DNA from: Acutalibacteraceae bacterium
GTDB taxonomy: Bacteria; Bacillota; Clostridia; Oscillospirales; Acutalibacteraceae
Direction: 5' to 3'
NCBI GenBank assembly: GCA_045599345.1
Contig: JAZRVV010000019.1
Coordinates: forward strand, 3,103 to 67,102
Length of the DNA: 64,000 bases
Numbering within the stretch: position 1 is the stretch's first letter; every line of letters starts with the position of its first letter. Positions 46,386 to 55,459 of the stretch are shown piece after piece. A program made the position numbers and the translations under genes. The notes under the pieces were generated by a model, which made no database searches, was not told the origin of the DNA, and was given only the letters and a program-made list of their open reading frames with translations.

Positions 46386-46595
46386 ATGAAACTTATCGAA
46401 TGCGCAGAACAACTTAGGAACAGTGGCTTTACAGTATATACCTGGAGGCCATCAGAGGGTACAGTAGAACCGGACATCATAGCACGGAAGAATGGCCAAC
46501 TTTACAATGTGTACCTAGGACGCGATGCATTTTTAGAAGGCGCAATTAACGCCTTTGCATTTGCGCATAATGCAAGAGTAGTTTACGTTATCTAA
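46386..46595 (+). CDS. Hypothetical 69-aa protein
   Basis: Good RBS (GGAGG, 8 nt upstream) and genome-like codon usage. I do not recognise a family. Confidence 0.45.
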   Translation: MKLIECAEQLRNSGFTVYTWRPSEGTVEPDIIARKNGQLYNVYLGRDAFLEGAINAFAFAHNARVVYVI

Positions 46596-46609
46596 TCTGG
46601 AGGGGAACT

Positions 46610-47770
46610 ATGTTATACAATGAATATGGGATATCATTGCTCGGCTTTGGCCTTATGCGACTTCCAACTTTGGAGGATGGCCAAATCGACATGGACGAGA
46701 CAGCACGCATAATCGATTATGCAATAGAGAACGGTGTCAATTACTTTGATACAGCACATCCTTATCACAATGGCACATCAGAGTTCGTTATTCGCGAACT
46801 CTTAAAACGTCATCCAAGGGATAAGGTGTTTATTGCCGACAAGTATCCAGGACATCAACTTTTCAAGGAGCATCACCCAGAGCAGATTTTTGAGGAGCAA
46901 CTAGAGAAGTGCGGTGTTGACTATTTTGACTACTATCTTCTCCACAACGTAAACGATGAGAGCGTACACGTATACGAGGATCCAAGGTGGAACCTAATAG
47001 ACTATTTTGTTGAACAAAAGCGTCTTGGCCGTATTAAACATCTTGGCTTCTCGAACCACTCAAGTCCAGAGACTCTGTACAAGTTTTTAAAGGACCATCC
47101 TGGTACATTTGATTTCTGCCAAATTCAGTACAACTATATGGATGAGGAGCTCCAGGACGGAGCCCTCAAATATCAGTATCTTGAGGAATTTGGCGTACCT
47201 ATTTGGGTAATGGAACCGGTACGCGGTGGCAAGCTTGCCGAGCCAAACGAGCAGCTGCGCGCGCTCCGACCGGACGAGTCGGAGGCAGCATGGGCTTTCC
47301 GTTGGCTCATGCGCAAACCGCAGGTAAAGGTTATCCTGTCTGGTATGAGCAACTACGATCAAGTAGTTGATAATATCAAGACGTTTAGCACAGACAAGCC
47401 ACTGACGGACGATGAGATGGAGCTTTTGGCTTCGATAGCAAAGGAGAAGCGCAACTTCATCCCATGCACGGGTTGTCGTTACTGTGTGAGCCACTGCCCA
47501 CAGGGGCTCAATATTCCAAAGCTTTTACAGTTTTACAATGAGGGCAAATACGCTGCCAGCTTAACGCTTGGCATGGCGCTCGAGTTCAAGCCGGAGGAGA
47601 CATTGCCAAGTGCATGTATCGGCTGTGGCTCCTGTGAGCAAATTTGTCCACAACAGATTAAAATTTCTGAGTGCATGAGCGAACTTTGTGATATACTTAA
47701 TGGTATTCCAAAGTGGGCTGACCTCTGTGAGCAGCGCGCAAGAGAAGCTGAACTGTTGAGGAACAAATAA
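46610..47770 (+). CDS. Aldo/keto reductase fused to a C-terminal 2x[4Fe-4S] ferredoxin-like domain
   Basis: AKR N-terminus (GFGLMRLP ... NYFDTAHPY) and two CxxCxxCxxxCP motifs (CTGCRYCVSHCP, CIGCGSCEQICP). Confidence 0.85.
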   Translation: MLYNEYGISLLGFGLMRLPTLEDGQIDMDETARIIDYAIENGVNYFDTAHPYHNGTSEFVIRELLKRHPRDKVFIADKYPGHQLFKEHHPEQIFEEQLEKCGVDYFDYYLLHNVNDESVHVYEDPRWNLIDYFVEQKRLGRIKHLGFSNHSSPETLYKFLKDHPGTFDFCQIQYNYMDEELQDGALKYQYLEEFGVPIWVMEPVRGGKLAEPNEQLRALRPDESEAAWAFRWLMRKPQVKVILSGMSNYDQVVDNIKTFSTDKPLTDDEMELLASIAKEKRNFIPCTGCRYCVSHCPQGLNIPKLLQFYNEGKYAASLTLGMALEFKPEETLPSACIGCGSCEQICPQQIKISECMSELCDILNGIPKWADLCEQRAREAELLRNK

Positions 47771-47771
47771 C

Positions 47772-48923
47772 ATGTACGAGAAACTATCTAGTGAACTTGA
47801 AAATAGAATACTGGCACAGCAAAACCGTACTTTGAACGAACCTCCTCGTCGCGTGGACAATCCACACGATAGGGGGTCCGCTTGGCGTCCGGCATATGTA
47901 AGGGATGCGGACAAGATTCTTCACTGTCCGTTTTATAACCGATATGCCGACAAGACGCAGGTATTTAGTTTTTATAAAAACGATGATATCTCGCGTCGCG
48001 GAGCACACGTACAGTTCGTGTCCCGCAACGCGCGTACAATCGGCCGGGCATTGGGGCTTGATTTGGACCTCATCGAAGCAATTGCACTCGGCCACGACAT
48101 TGGCCATACGCCGTTTGGCCATGCGGGCGAGAAGTATCTCGATGAGCTTTACTATGCACATGCCGGCCGACATTTCGCGCACAATATCCATTCCGTGCGC
48201 GTGCTTGATACCATCTTTCCGCTCAACCTCACGCTCGATACCTTGTCAGGTATCGCAAGCCATGACGGTGAGCTGGAACTGAGGGAATATCGCCCAGATG
48301 TGACTCAGACATTTGAGACTTTTGATATGGCAATTGAAAATTGCTACCTTGATAAGGGCAATATTTTAAAACTTGTTCCAAACACACTTGAGGGCTGTGT
48401 TGTCAGGATATCTGACATAATCTCATACCTTGGCAAGGACAGGCAGGATGCGGAAAAGCTTGCTCGTCACAACGAGTATGAGGACACTGCAATAGGAACC
48501 TTCAACGCAGAAATAATTAACAACCTTATTGTCAACATAATTGAGAACAGTTTTGGCAAAGATTTCATTGCAATGGACGACGAGCACTTTGCTGCGCTGT
48601 CCCTTGCGAAGAAGGAAAATTATGATAAAATCTACCTTACAAACAATCTAGATCCGATTGTAAGGCCAATGATGGAAAAGATATATGAGCGCCTCTTAAA
48701 TGACGTAGTTACGAACAATTTAGAGAGCCCAATATTTACTCATCACATTGAACTTGTTGAAAATAGTTACTACCGTAAAGGCAAATCCCTTTACAGTGAT
48801 GAGACGGAGCCAAATCAACTTGTGGTTGACTATATTGCGTCTATGACAGACGACTATTTCATTGATTTATATACTCGCCTCTTTGGTGAGACACCGATAG
48901 AATTTAAAGGATATTTCGATTGA
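47772..48923 (+). CDS. HD-domain dNTP triphosphohydrolase-like protein
   Basis: 383 aa with the GHDIGHTPFGH motif typical of dGTPase-like HD proteins. Confidence 0.8.
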   Translation: MYEKLSSELENRILAQQNRTLNEPPRRVDNPHDRGSAWRPAYVRDADKILHCPFYNRYADKTQVFSFYKNDDISRRGAHVQFVSRNARTIGRALGLDLDLIEAIALGHDIGHTPFGHAGEKYLDELYYAHAGRHFAHNIHSVRVLDTIFPLNLTLDTLSGIASHDGELELREYRPDVTQTFETFDMAIENCYLDKGNILKLVPNTLEGCVVRISDIISYLGKDRQDAEKLARHNEYEDTAIGTFNAEIINNLIVNIIENSFGKDFIAMDDEHFAALSLAKKENYDKIYLTNNLDPIVRPMMEKIYERLLNDVVTNNLESPIFTHHIELVENSYYRKGKSLYSDETEPNQLVVDYIASMTDDYFIDLYTRLFGETPIEFKGYFD

Positions 48924-48938
48924 TTGTAGGAGGCTATT

Positions 48939-50264
48939 ATGGCAAAAATAGGAATGATTTCTCTTGGCTGCCCTAAAAACCAGGTTGATGCTGAATTGAT
49001 GCTTGCAAAGCTTACATCAGACGGTCACGAAATTTCGGGTGAAATTTCTGGTTGTGACGTTGTTATCATCAACACATGCGGTTTTATTGAGGATGCCAAG
49101 CGCGAGGCAATTGACAATATCCTTGAAATGGCAGACTACAAGGATGCCGGTGAAATCAAGAAGATTGTTGTTACAGGTTGCCTTGCTGAGCGCTATAAAG
49201 CAGAAATACTGGAAGAACTTCCAGAGGTTGATGCTGTTGTTGGCCTTGGCAACAACGGCAACATTTCTGATATTGTGTCTCAGGTTATAAATGCCGAGAC
49301 ACCAATTGTTGCAATAGGCGAGCGTGAGGACCTCCCACTCTGTGGCGAGCGCCTTCTCACAACACCGGATTACTGGGGATATCTCAAGATAGCAGATGGT
49401 TGTTCCAACCACTGCACCTATTGTGCTATCCCATCAATCCGTGGCGAGATGAGGAGCCGCCCGATTGAGGAGTGCGTTGAGGAGGCCAAGGCACTTGCTG
49501 CCGACGGCATCAAGGAACTCATCGTCATCGCTCAGGATACCACTCGCTATGGCGAGGACCTCTACGGCGAGCCAAAACTCCACGAGCTTTTGCCAAAGCT
49601 CTGTGAGATTGACGGGCTCGAGTGGATTAGGATCCTCTACTGCTATCCTGACCGCCTCTCTGATGAACTCATCGATGTCATTGCAAGAGAGGACAAGATT
49701 TGTAAATACATTGATTTGCCACTTCAGCACTGTAATAAAGAAGTGTTAAAACGCATGAATCGTCACGGTGACAGGGAATCATTAACAGAACTCATAAACA
49801 AACTCCGTGACAAGATTCCAGGCGTATGCATCAGGACTACACTCATCACAGGCTTCCCAGGCGAGACAGAGGAACAGTTCACAGAACTCTCCCTGTTTGT
49901 TCACGAGATAGGCTTTGACAACTTGGGTTGCTTTGCTTATTCGCCAGAGGAAGGGACACCAGCAGCATCGTTCGAGGACCAACTCGAAGAGGATGAAAAA
50001 GTTCATCGTGGCGAGTTGATAATGGATGCTCAATATGGTATAGTCTTAAAGAATAATGAGGCATTAGTAGGTAAAACCTTAAAAGTAATCGTTGATGGAT
50101 ACGATCCATACAACGATATTTACGAGGGCAGGACCTATCGCGATGCCCCAGAAATCGACGGTAAAATCAGTTTTGTATGTGACGGCTCATTACAGCCTGG
50201 TACATTTGTAGATGTAACAGTGACTGGATTTAATGAGTACGACCTCTTGGGAGAGTGCCAATGA
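48939..50264 (+). CDS. rimO: Ribosomal protein S12 methylthiotransferase
   Basis: 441 aa with the UPF0004 N-domain (SLGCPKN), the radical SAM motif CSNHCTYC, and a C-terminal TRAM domain. Confidence 0.9.
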   Translation: MAKIGMISLGCPKNQVDAELMLAKLTSDGHEISGEISGCDVVIINTCGFIEDAKREAIDNILEMADYKDAGEIKKIVVTGCLAERYKAEILEELPEVDAVVGLGNNGNISDIVSQVINAETPIVAIGEREDLPLCGERLLTTPDYWGYLKIADGCSNHCTYCAIPSIRGEMRSRPIEECVEEAKALAADGIKELIVIAQDTTRYGEDLYGEPKLHELLPKLCEIDGLEWIRILYCYPDRLSDELIDVIAREDKICKYIDLPLQHCNKEVLKRMNRHGDRESLTELINKLRDKIPGVCIRTTLITGFPGETEEQFTELSLFVHEIGFDNLGCFAYSPEEGTPAASFEDQLEEDEKVHRGELIMDAQYGIVLKNNEALVGKTLKVIVDGYDPYNDIYEGRTYRDAPEIDGKISFVCDGSLQPGTFVDVTVTGFNEYDLLGECQ

Positions 50265-50827
50265 ACACACCTAATAAATTGACAATTTCAAGAATGATAC
50301 TAACACCAATTTTCTTGACTGTATTTCTTGTAAGCTTTAAGTTCCACTATGCGATTGCACTAGTGCTCTTTATAGCGGCTTCTTTGACCGACCTCTTTGA
50401 TGGTAAGATTGCAAGACGAAACAACATAGTTACGAACTTTGGTAAGTTTGCTGACCCACTTGCAGACAAGATGCTGACAACTTCAGCAATCCTTGGTTTC
50501 ATTGCAACTGGATATTGCAATATCTGGATTCTCTTTATCATTCTCTTTAGAGAGTTTGCTATCAGTGCTATGCGACTTGTCGCAGCAAGTGATGGCGTTG
50601 TCATTCCTGCCAACATGTGGGGCAAGGTTAAGACAACAATTCAGATGGTAGCATCTATCGTTATCATGCTTATGCTCTCAATCACATTTGACTTTGGCGT
50701 TTCAATCCTTGAAACACCACTCGTAATTGTTGCAAATATTTTGCTTTGGCTCATGGCTGCTGCCACACTTATTTCTGGTATCGTATACATTATCCAAGGC
50801 ACAAAAGTAATAGATTTCTCAAAATAA
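50261..50827 (+). CDS. pgsA: CDP-diacylglycerol--glycerol-3-phosphate 3-phosphatidyltransferase
   Basis: CDP-alcohol phosphatidyltransferase motif DLFDGKIARRNNIVTNFGKFADPLADK. ATG 50261 overlaps the rimO stop (ATGA). Confidence 0.9.
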   Translation: MNTPNKLTISRMILTPIFLTVFLVSFKFHYAIALVLFIAASLTDLFDGKIARRNNIVTNFGKFADPLADKMLTTSAILGFIATGYCNIWILFIILFREFAISAMRLVAASDGVVIPANMWGKVKTTIQMVASIVIMLMLSITFDFGVSILETPLVIVANILLWLMAAATLISGIVYIIQGTKVIDFSK

Positions 50828-50840
50828 GAGGAGACTTGAA

Positions 50841-52238
50841 ATGAAAGTATTTAATACTTTGACACGCAAGAAAGAGGAAGTTGAAACCCTGGTGCCAGGC
50901 GAGTACAAAATTTACGCTTGTGGCCCTACAGTTTACAACTACATTCATATCGGCAATGCCCGTCCGCTTTGCGTGTTTGATGTACTTCGCAGATACCTTG
51001 AGTATCGTGGATACAAGGTAACGTTCGTTCAGAACTTTACTGATATCGACGATAAAATTATCAAAAAGGCAAACGAAGAAGGCACAGACTATCTCACTGT
51101 TGCAAAGAAGTATATCGAGGAGTATTGGACAGATGCAAAGGGCATGAATATCCGCCCTGCAGACATCCATCCAAAGGCAACAGAAAACATCGATGAGATC
51201 ATCGATATCATCACTACCCTTATCGACAAGGGTAATGCATATGCCGTTGAAAACGGTGACGTATATTTCTCAACCAAGACATTCAGTGGCTATGGCAAAC
51301 TCTCGCACCAGCCACTTGAGGATTTGGAAGCAGGCGCTCGCATCAATATTGGCGAGCTCAAGCACGACCCTATGGACTTTGCCCTTTGGAAATCAGCCAA
51401 GCCAGGCGAGCCATATTGGGAGTCGCCTTGGGGACAGGGTCGACCAGGTTGGCACATTGAGTGCTCAGCAATGAATCGTCGTTTCCTTGGCAACACAATC
51501 GACATTCACTGTGGTGGTCAGGACCTCATCTTCCCTCACCACGAGAACGAGATTGCACAGTCAGAGTGTTGTAACGATGCTCCATTTGCAAACTATTGGA
51601 TGCACAACGGATACATCAACGTTGATAATGTCAAGATGTCCAAATCTCTCGGCAACTTCTTTACAGTACGTGATGTGGCTGAAAAGTATGGCTATGAGCC
51701 AATCCGTTACCTTATGATATCCTCTCATTACAGGAGCCCTATCAACTACAGCACTGACATCATAGAGCAGTGCAAGGCTGCGCTCCAGCGTCTCTACACT
51801 TGTCGTGATGCACTTGATTTTGCTGCGGAGAACGCACACTCACTCACAACTCCAGAGGACTTCGACCTCAAGAAGAAGCTTGATGCACATCGCACAGCTT
51901 TCGTTGAGGCCATGGACGATGACCTCAACACAGCTGATGCTCTCGCATCAATCTATGACCTTGTTCGTGACATAAACATTATTTTAAAGGGCAAGGCATC
52001 ATCAGAGATCATCGAATACGCAACAGAGGAGTTCGATGAGCTCACTGGTGTACTCGGACTTGTATACAACAGGAAGAAAGAGTCACTCGACATCGATGTT
52101 GAGAAGCTCATTGAAGAGCGCAACCAGGCTCGCAAGAACAAGGACTTTGCTCTTGCTGACAAGATTCGTGATGATTTGAAAGCTCAGGGAATCATCCTTG
52201 AGGACACACCACAGGGTGTAAAATGGCATAAGGCATAA
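50841..52238 (+). CDS. cysS: Cysteine--tRNA ligase
   Basis: 465 aa with the class I motifs HIGN (YNYIHIGNARP) and KMSKS. Confidence 0.95.
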   Translation: MKVFNTLTRKKEEVETLVPGEYKIYACGPTVYNYIHIGNARPLCVFDVLRRYLEYRGYKVTFVQNFTDIDDKIIKKANEEGTDYLTVAKKYIEEYWTDAKGMNIRPADIHPKATENIDEIIDIITTLIDKGNAYAVENGDVYFSTKTFSGYGKLSHQPLEDLEAGARINIGELKHDPMDFALWKSAKPGEPYWESPWGQGRPGWHIECSAMNRRFLGNTIDIHCGGQDLIFPHHENEIAQSECCNDAPFANYWMHNGYINVDNVKMSKSLGNFFTVRDVAEKYGYEPIRYLMISSHYRSPINYSTDIIEQCKAALQRLYTCRDALDFAAENAHSLTTPEDFDLKKKLDAHRTAFVEAMDDDLNTADALASIYDLVRDINIILKGKASSEIIEYATEEFDELTGVLGLVYNRKKESLDIDVEKLIEERNQARKNKDFALADKIRDDLKAQGIILEDTPQGVKWHKA

Positions 52239-52253
52239 TATAATTGTATTTAA

Positions 52254-52285
52254 AGAGGCATGCATTGCGCATGCCTCTATTTTTG
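52254..52285 (+). terminator. Rho-independent terminator after cysS
   Basis: 10-bp stem agaggcatgc/gcatgcctct followed by atttttg. Confidence 0.75.
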
Positions 52286-52367
52286 TACAGTTGTAGGTTA
52301 ATTTTGAACATTTTGTGCAAGTTTAATATAAATTTTCAATATTTTTAAAAATTTTTATAAAAAAGTG

Positions 52368-52396
52368 TTGACATTTATTTGTCAATCCGTTATAGT
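52368..52396 (+). promoter_or_regulatory. Near-consensus sigma-A promoter (P1) with no CDS behind it
   Basis: TTGACA (52368-52373), 17-nt spacer, TATAGT (52391-52396). Confidence 0.5.
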
Positions 52397-52402
52397 GATG
52401 AA

Positions 52403-52536
52403 TGTAAGGGGAAGGTCCTTACAAAAATCCCAATTAATTTGGTAGTTTTTTCATTTTAATATCTCCTTTATTTTGAATAATTATCTCCTCAAAAACCAAA
52501 AGGCTCCGTAAGTCCAAACGGAGCCTTTCGGTTTTT
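52403..52536 (+). ncRNA. Candidate small RNA (about 130 nt) bounded by promoter P1 and an intrinsic terminator
   Basis: 5' hairpin gtaagg-ggaaggt-ccttac (52404-52422). AU-rich body with two AUCUCCU motifs (52461-52467 and 52483-52489). 11-bp terminator stem (52499-52528) followed by ttttt (52532-52536). Confidence 0.35.
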
Positions 52537-52646
52537 CTTATGACGATTTTTTCAAAATTCGAGAATGAGAAAACGTGAGAAAAAGAGAGAAAACGCGCGA
52601 AAACGCGAGAACTCGTTTTGTAAATTAAAAAATTGAAAAAATAGTG

Positions 52647-52675
52647 TTGACGAAGGTGAAAACGAGTGTTATTAT
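52647..52675 (+). promoter_or_regulatory. rplM-rpsI promoter (P2), extended -10
   Basis: TTGACG (52647-52652), 17-nt spacer, tgtTATTAT (-10 at 52670-52675). It shares the upstream context agtgTTGAC with P1. Confidence 0.5.
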
Positions 52676-52717
52676 AGTCGAGCACTTTAGTTATAAATAA
52701 TTAATGGAGGAAAAGTT

Positions 52718-53146
52718 ATGTCAACATATATGCCAAAAGCAGGCGACATTACTCGCACATGGTATGTTCTTGACGCAGAGGGCAAGACTCTTGGTGCAGT
52801 TGCAACAGAGGCTGCTACACTTCTTCGCGGCAAGCACAAGCCAACATTTGCTCCTCACGCTGACTGCGGTGACAACGTTATCGTAATCAATGCTGAGAAG
52901 GTTGTTTTAACAGGTAAGAAACTTGATCAGAAGATGTACTATCACCACACAGGCTACATCGGTAACCTCAAGGAAGTTAAGTATTCTGATCTTATGAAGA
53001 CAAAGCCAGAGTTCGTTATTACTAAGGCTGTTAAGGGTATGCTCCCTTCAACAACTCTTGGTAGAAAGGCTCTCACAAGACTTCGTGTATACAAGGGCGC
53101 TGAGCATCCACATGCAGCACAGAACCCTGTTGCACGTGAATTTTAA
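52718..53146 (+). CDS. rplM: 50S ribosomal protein L13
   Basis: 142 aa starting [26 protein letters not shown], followed by rpsI. Confidence 0.97.
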   Translation: MSTYMPKAGDITRTWYVLDAEGKTLGAVATEAATLLRGKHKPTFAPHADCGDNVIVINAEKVVLTGKKLDQKMYYHHTGYIGNLKEVKYSDLMKTKPEFVITKAVKGMLPSTTLGRKALTRLRVYKGAEHPHAAQNPVAREF

Positions 53147-53163
53147 TAGGAGGGCTACACATT

Positions 53164-53562
53164 ATGTATAACGATAATCCTTATTTCTATGGTACAGGTC
53201 GTAGAAAGAGCTCTGTAGCTCGTGTACGCGTTTACCCAGGTAATGGTAAAATCACAATCAATGACAGAGATATCGATGATTACTTTGGTCTTGATACATT
53301 AAAGCTCATCGTTCGTCAGCCACTCGAGCTTCTTGGTCTTACTGAGAAGTTTGACATCGTTTGCCGTGTTAACGGTGGTGGTGTTTCAGGTCAGGCTGGT
53401 GCTATCCGTCATGGTCTTTCACGTGCTCTTCTTCAGTATGATGAAAAGCTTCGTCCAGAACTCAAGAAGGCTGGATTCCTTACACGTGATCCACGTATGA
53501 AGGAAAGAAAGAAACCAGGTCTCAAGGGCGCTCGTAGAGCTCCACAGTTCTCAAAGAGATAA
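53164..53562 (+). CDS. rpsI: 30S ribosomal protein S9
   Basis: 132 aa with [12 protein letters not shown] and the C-terminus [17 protein letters not shown]. Confidence 0.97.
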   Translation: MYNDNPYFYGTGRRKSSVARVRVYPGNGKITINDRDIDDYFGLDTLKLIVRQPLELLGLTEKFDIVCRVNGGGVSGQAGAIRHGLSRALLQYDEKLRPELKKAGFLTRDPRMKERKKPGLKGARRAPQFSKR

Positions 53563-53574
53563 CAATCAAAAATT

Positions 53575-53606
53575 ATGCTCCAGGCTTTTGCCTGGAGCAT
53601 TTTTTA
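53575..53606. terminator. Bidirectional rho-independent terminator (rpsI and the convergent ligase gene)
   Basis: 11-bp stem atgctccaggc/gcctggagcat with ttttt on the + side and aattttt on the minus side. Confidence 0.8.
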
Positions 53607-53608
53607 TT

Positions 53609-55459
53609 TTATAAACTTTCTATTATTTGCTTTTTAATGGTTATGCCATCAACCTTACCACTGCCAAGGAGTGGGAAACTATCAAAAACAAAGAATCGAA
53701 CTGGTATCTTGTACTTGGCTAGGTGCTTTGACAATTCTGCTTTTGCAGCATTTTCGTCCCATGTGGCGCCGTCTTTTAAAATGATGGCGGCCACGACAAC
53801 TTCACCTTTGACTTCATGAGGGAGACCAAGGACCTTGACGTCTTTGATTTCTGGTAATTTTGTCATCTCTTCTGCGATTTCTCCAGGGGAGATATTTTCA
53901 CCACCACAGATGATGAGGTCCTTTTTTCTGCCTACAAGTCTTAAGTATCCATCGTCATCAAGTACGCCTATGTCACCTGTCAAGAGCCAACCTTCATCGT
54001 CTACTGGTTGCTTGTCGATAGGGAGGTGGTAGTAACAAACTACCATTGCGTTTGAACGGATACAAATTTCACCCTCTTGGCCTTTTTTCAAGACTTCTCC
54101 TGTGCTTAAATCGCGGATGCTAAGCTCAAGTCCAGGAGCTGGCTTGCCGACAGTTTTAAGTATGTGCTCGGTTGTGTCGTTATAAAGAGTGAGGCTGATT
54201 GCGGCGTTTTCGCTCATGCCATAAATGTTGCCAAAATGGTTATTTGGCAGGAACTTTTTGAGGAGCGCAAACTGAGACTCTGTCGTTGTGGCACCGCCGA
54301 GAACAGATACGCGAAGGGAGGCAAGCTTTTCCGACGCAAATGTTTTAGCGCCAATAATCGCAAGCATCATCGCAGGGACAGAGTTGAATATGGTGCATTT
54401 ATATTTGTCGATAAGTTCGATGATGAGGTCAGGCGATTTGCTTTCTGGAATTATAGAGGTGTATCCAGAAAGCACGGCGAGTGCAACACCGGTGGCGAGA
54501 CCAAAGATATGGAAGAAAGGTAAAAATGCAAGATTGATATCTTGCTTTTTTAGCTCGTATTCTTTGATAAATGACTCGATGCTTGACATTATGCTAAAGC
54601 TGGACGCAAGTATTGCTTTTGGAAGACCAGTTGAACCGGATGAATAGATGATTACACTGGCATCATCTGCAAGGAAGTTGCCTTGATATTTATCCTTTAT
54701 GTTATCAAATTCATCAAACCTCTTCGTAAAATCAACACTACTACTAATATCATATACGAGTGAGATTGTGTCACCTAAGAGGGCATTTTTATAGTCGTCA
54801 AAAGTGGTGATGCCCGGGATTTCTGCATAGCAGAGGTGCGTGACATCGCCAATCTTTGCAAGTGACAAAACTTCGTTTGGCAAAAGTGCTGGGTTGATTA
54901 GCACAGCAATGCCGCCGAGTTTTTGTATTGCAAAGAAAGTGACTACCCAGTTGATTGAATTTGGAGCACAAATTCCAACATGAGTACCTTTCTTAACGCC
55001 AGCAAGGCTGAGGTCATCCGCCACAATCTGTGACATCTTATCTAAATCATCCCAAGTATATGGCCGATTTAGATATATGAAAGCGGTGTTTTTACAGTCG
55101 CTTTCAAGTCGCTTTTTAAGCAGGCTTGAAAAGCTAAGACGATATCCGTCGTCAAGAAAGTCATCCTTCTCAATCTTGATTAATGTATCAAAACCGGTGG
55201 TTTTGAAAACGTCGATTATCTCATCGCTTGCATTGATGATTCTCATTTTATCATCGGTTAGTTTCTTTCTAGCAACGAGTAAAACGCGAAGACCAGCTGA
55301 TGTGATATAGCTAGTCTTTGCGAAATCTATTGTCAAATCAAGTCCCTCATAATCAAGGGATAAGAGTTCTTCGTTTAACTTTGTTGATGTAACTGTGTCA
55401 ATAGTACCTACTATTGATATTGTGACATTGTTGCCATCAACTGTTTTGATTATTTCCAT
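53609..55459 (-). CDS. STAS (anti-sigma-antagonist-like) domain fused to an ANL-superfamily acyl-AMP-forming ligase
   Basis: Residues 1-100 are SpoIIAA-like (VTISIVGTIDTVTSTKLNEEL ... FAKTSYITSAGLRVLLVARKKL ... VFKTTGFDTLIKI). The remainder carries IYSSGSTGLPKA, TGDIGVLDDDGYLRLVGRKKDLII and the C-terminal GKVD. Confidence 0.85.
   Translation of the reverse strand: MEIIKTVDGNNVTISIVGTIDTVTSTKLNEELLSLDYEGLDLTIDFAKTSYITSAGLRVLLVARKKLTDDKMRIINASDEIIDVFKTTGFDTLIKIEKDDFLDDGYRLSFSSLLKKRLESDCKNTAFIYLNRPYTWDDLDKMSQIVADDLSLAGVKKGTHVGICAPNSINWVVTFFAIQKLGGIAVLINPALLPNEVLSLAKIGDVTHLCYAEIPGITTFDDYKNALLGDTISLVYDISSSVDFTKRFDEFDNIKDKYQGNFLADDASVIIYSSGSTGLPKAILASSFSIMSSIESFIKEYELKKQDINLAFLPFFHIFGLATGVALAVLSGYTSIIPESKSPDLIIELIDKYKCTIFNSVPAMMLAIIGAKTFASEKLASLRVSVLGGATTTESQFALLKKFLPNNHFGNIYGMSENAAISLTLYNDTTEHILKTVGKPAPGLELSIRDLSTGEVLKKGQEGEICIRSNAMVVCYYHLPIDKQPVDDEGWLLTGDIGVLDDDGYLRLVGRKKDLIICGGENISPGEIAEEMTKLPEIKDVKVLGLPHEVKGEVVVAAIILKDGATWDENAAKAELSKHLAKYKIPVRFFVFDSFPLLGSGKVDGITIKKQIIESL

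Noticed and set aside
50828-50840. Looked for a T-box leader in front of cysS.
   Set aside because: Only 13 nt separate pgsA and cysS, so there is no room for one. cysS is simply co-transcribed with the upstream gene.
52434-52685. 83-aa minus-strand ORF between cysS and rplM.
   Set aside because: It spans two + strand promoters and a terminator hairpin, is low complexity (F/S/R rich), and has no RBS at its start. Only its last 6 codons (MKKLPN) have an SD sequence, which is discussed under the sRNA finding.
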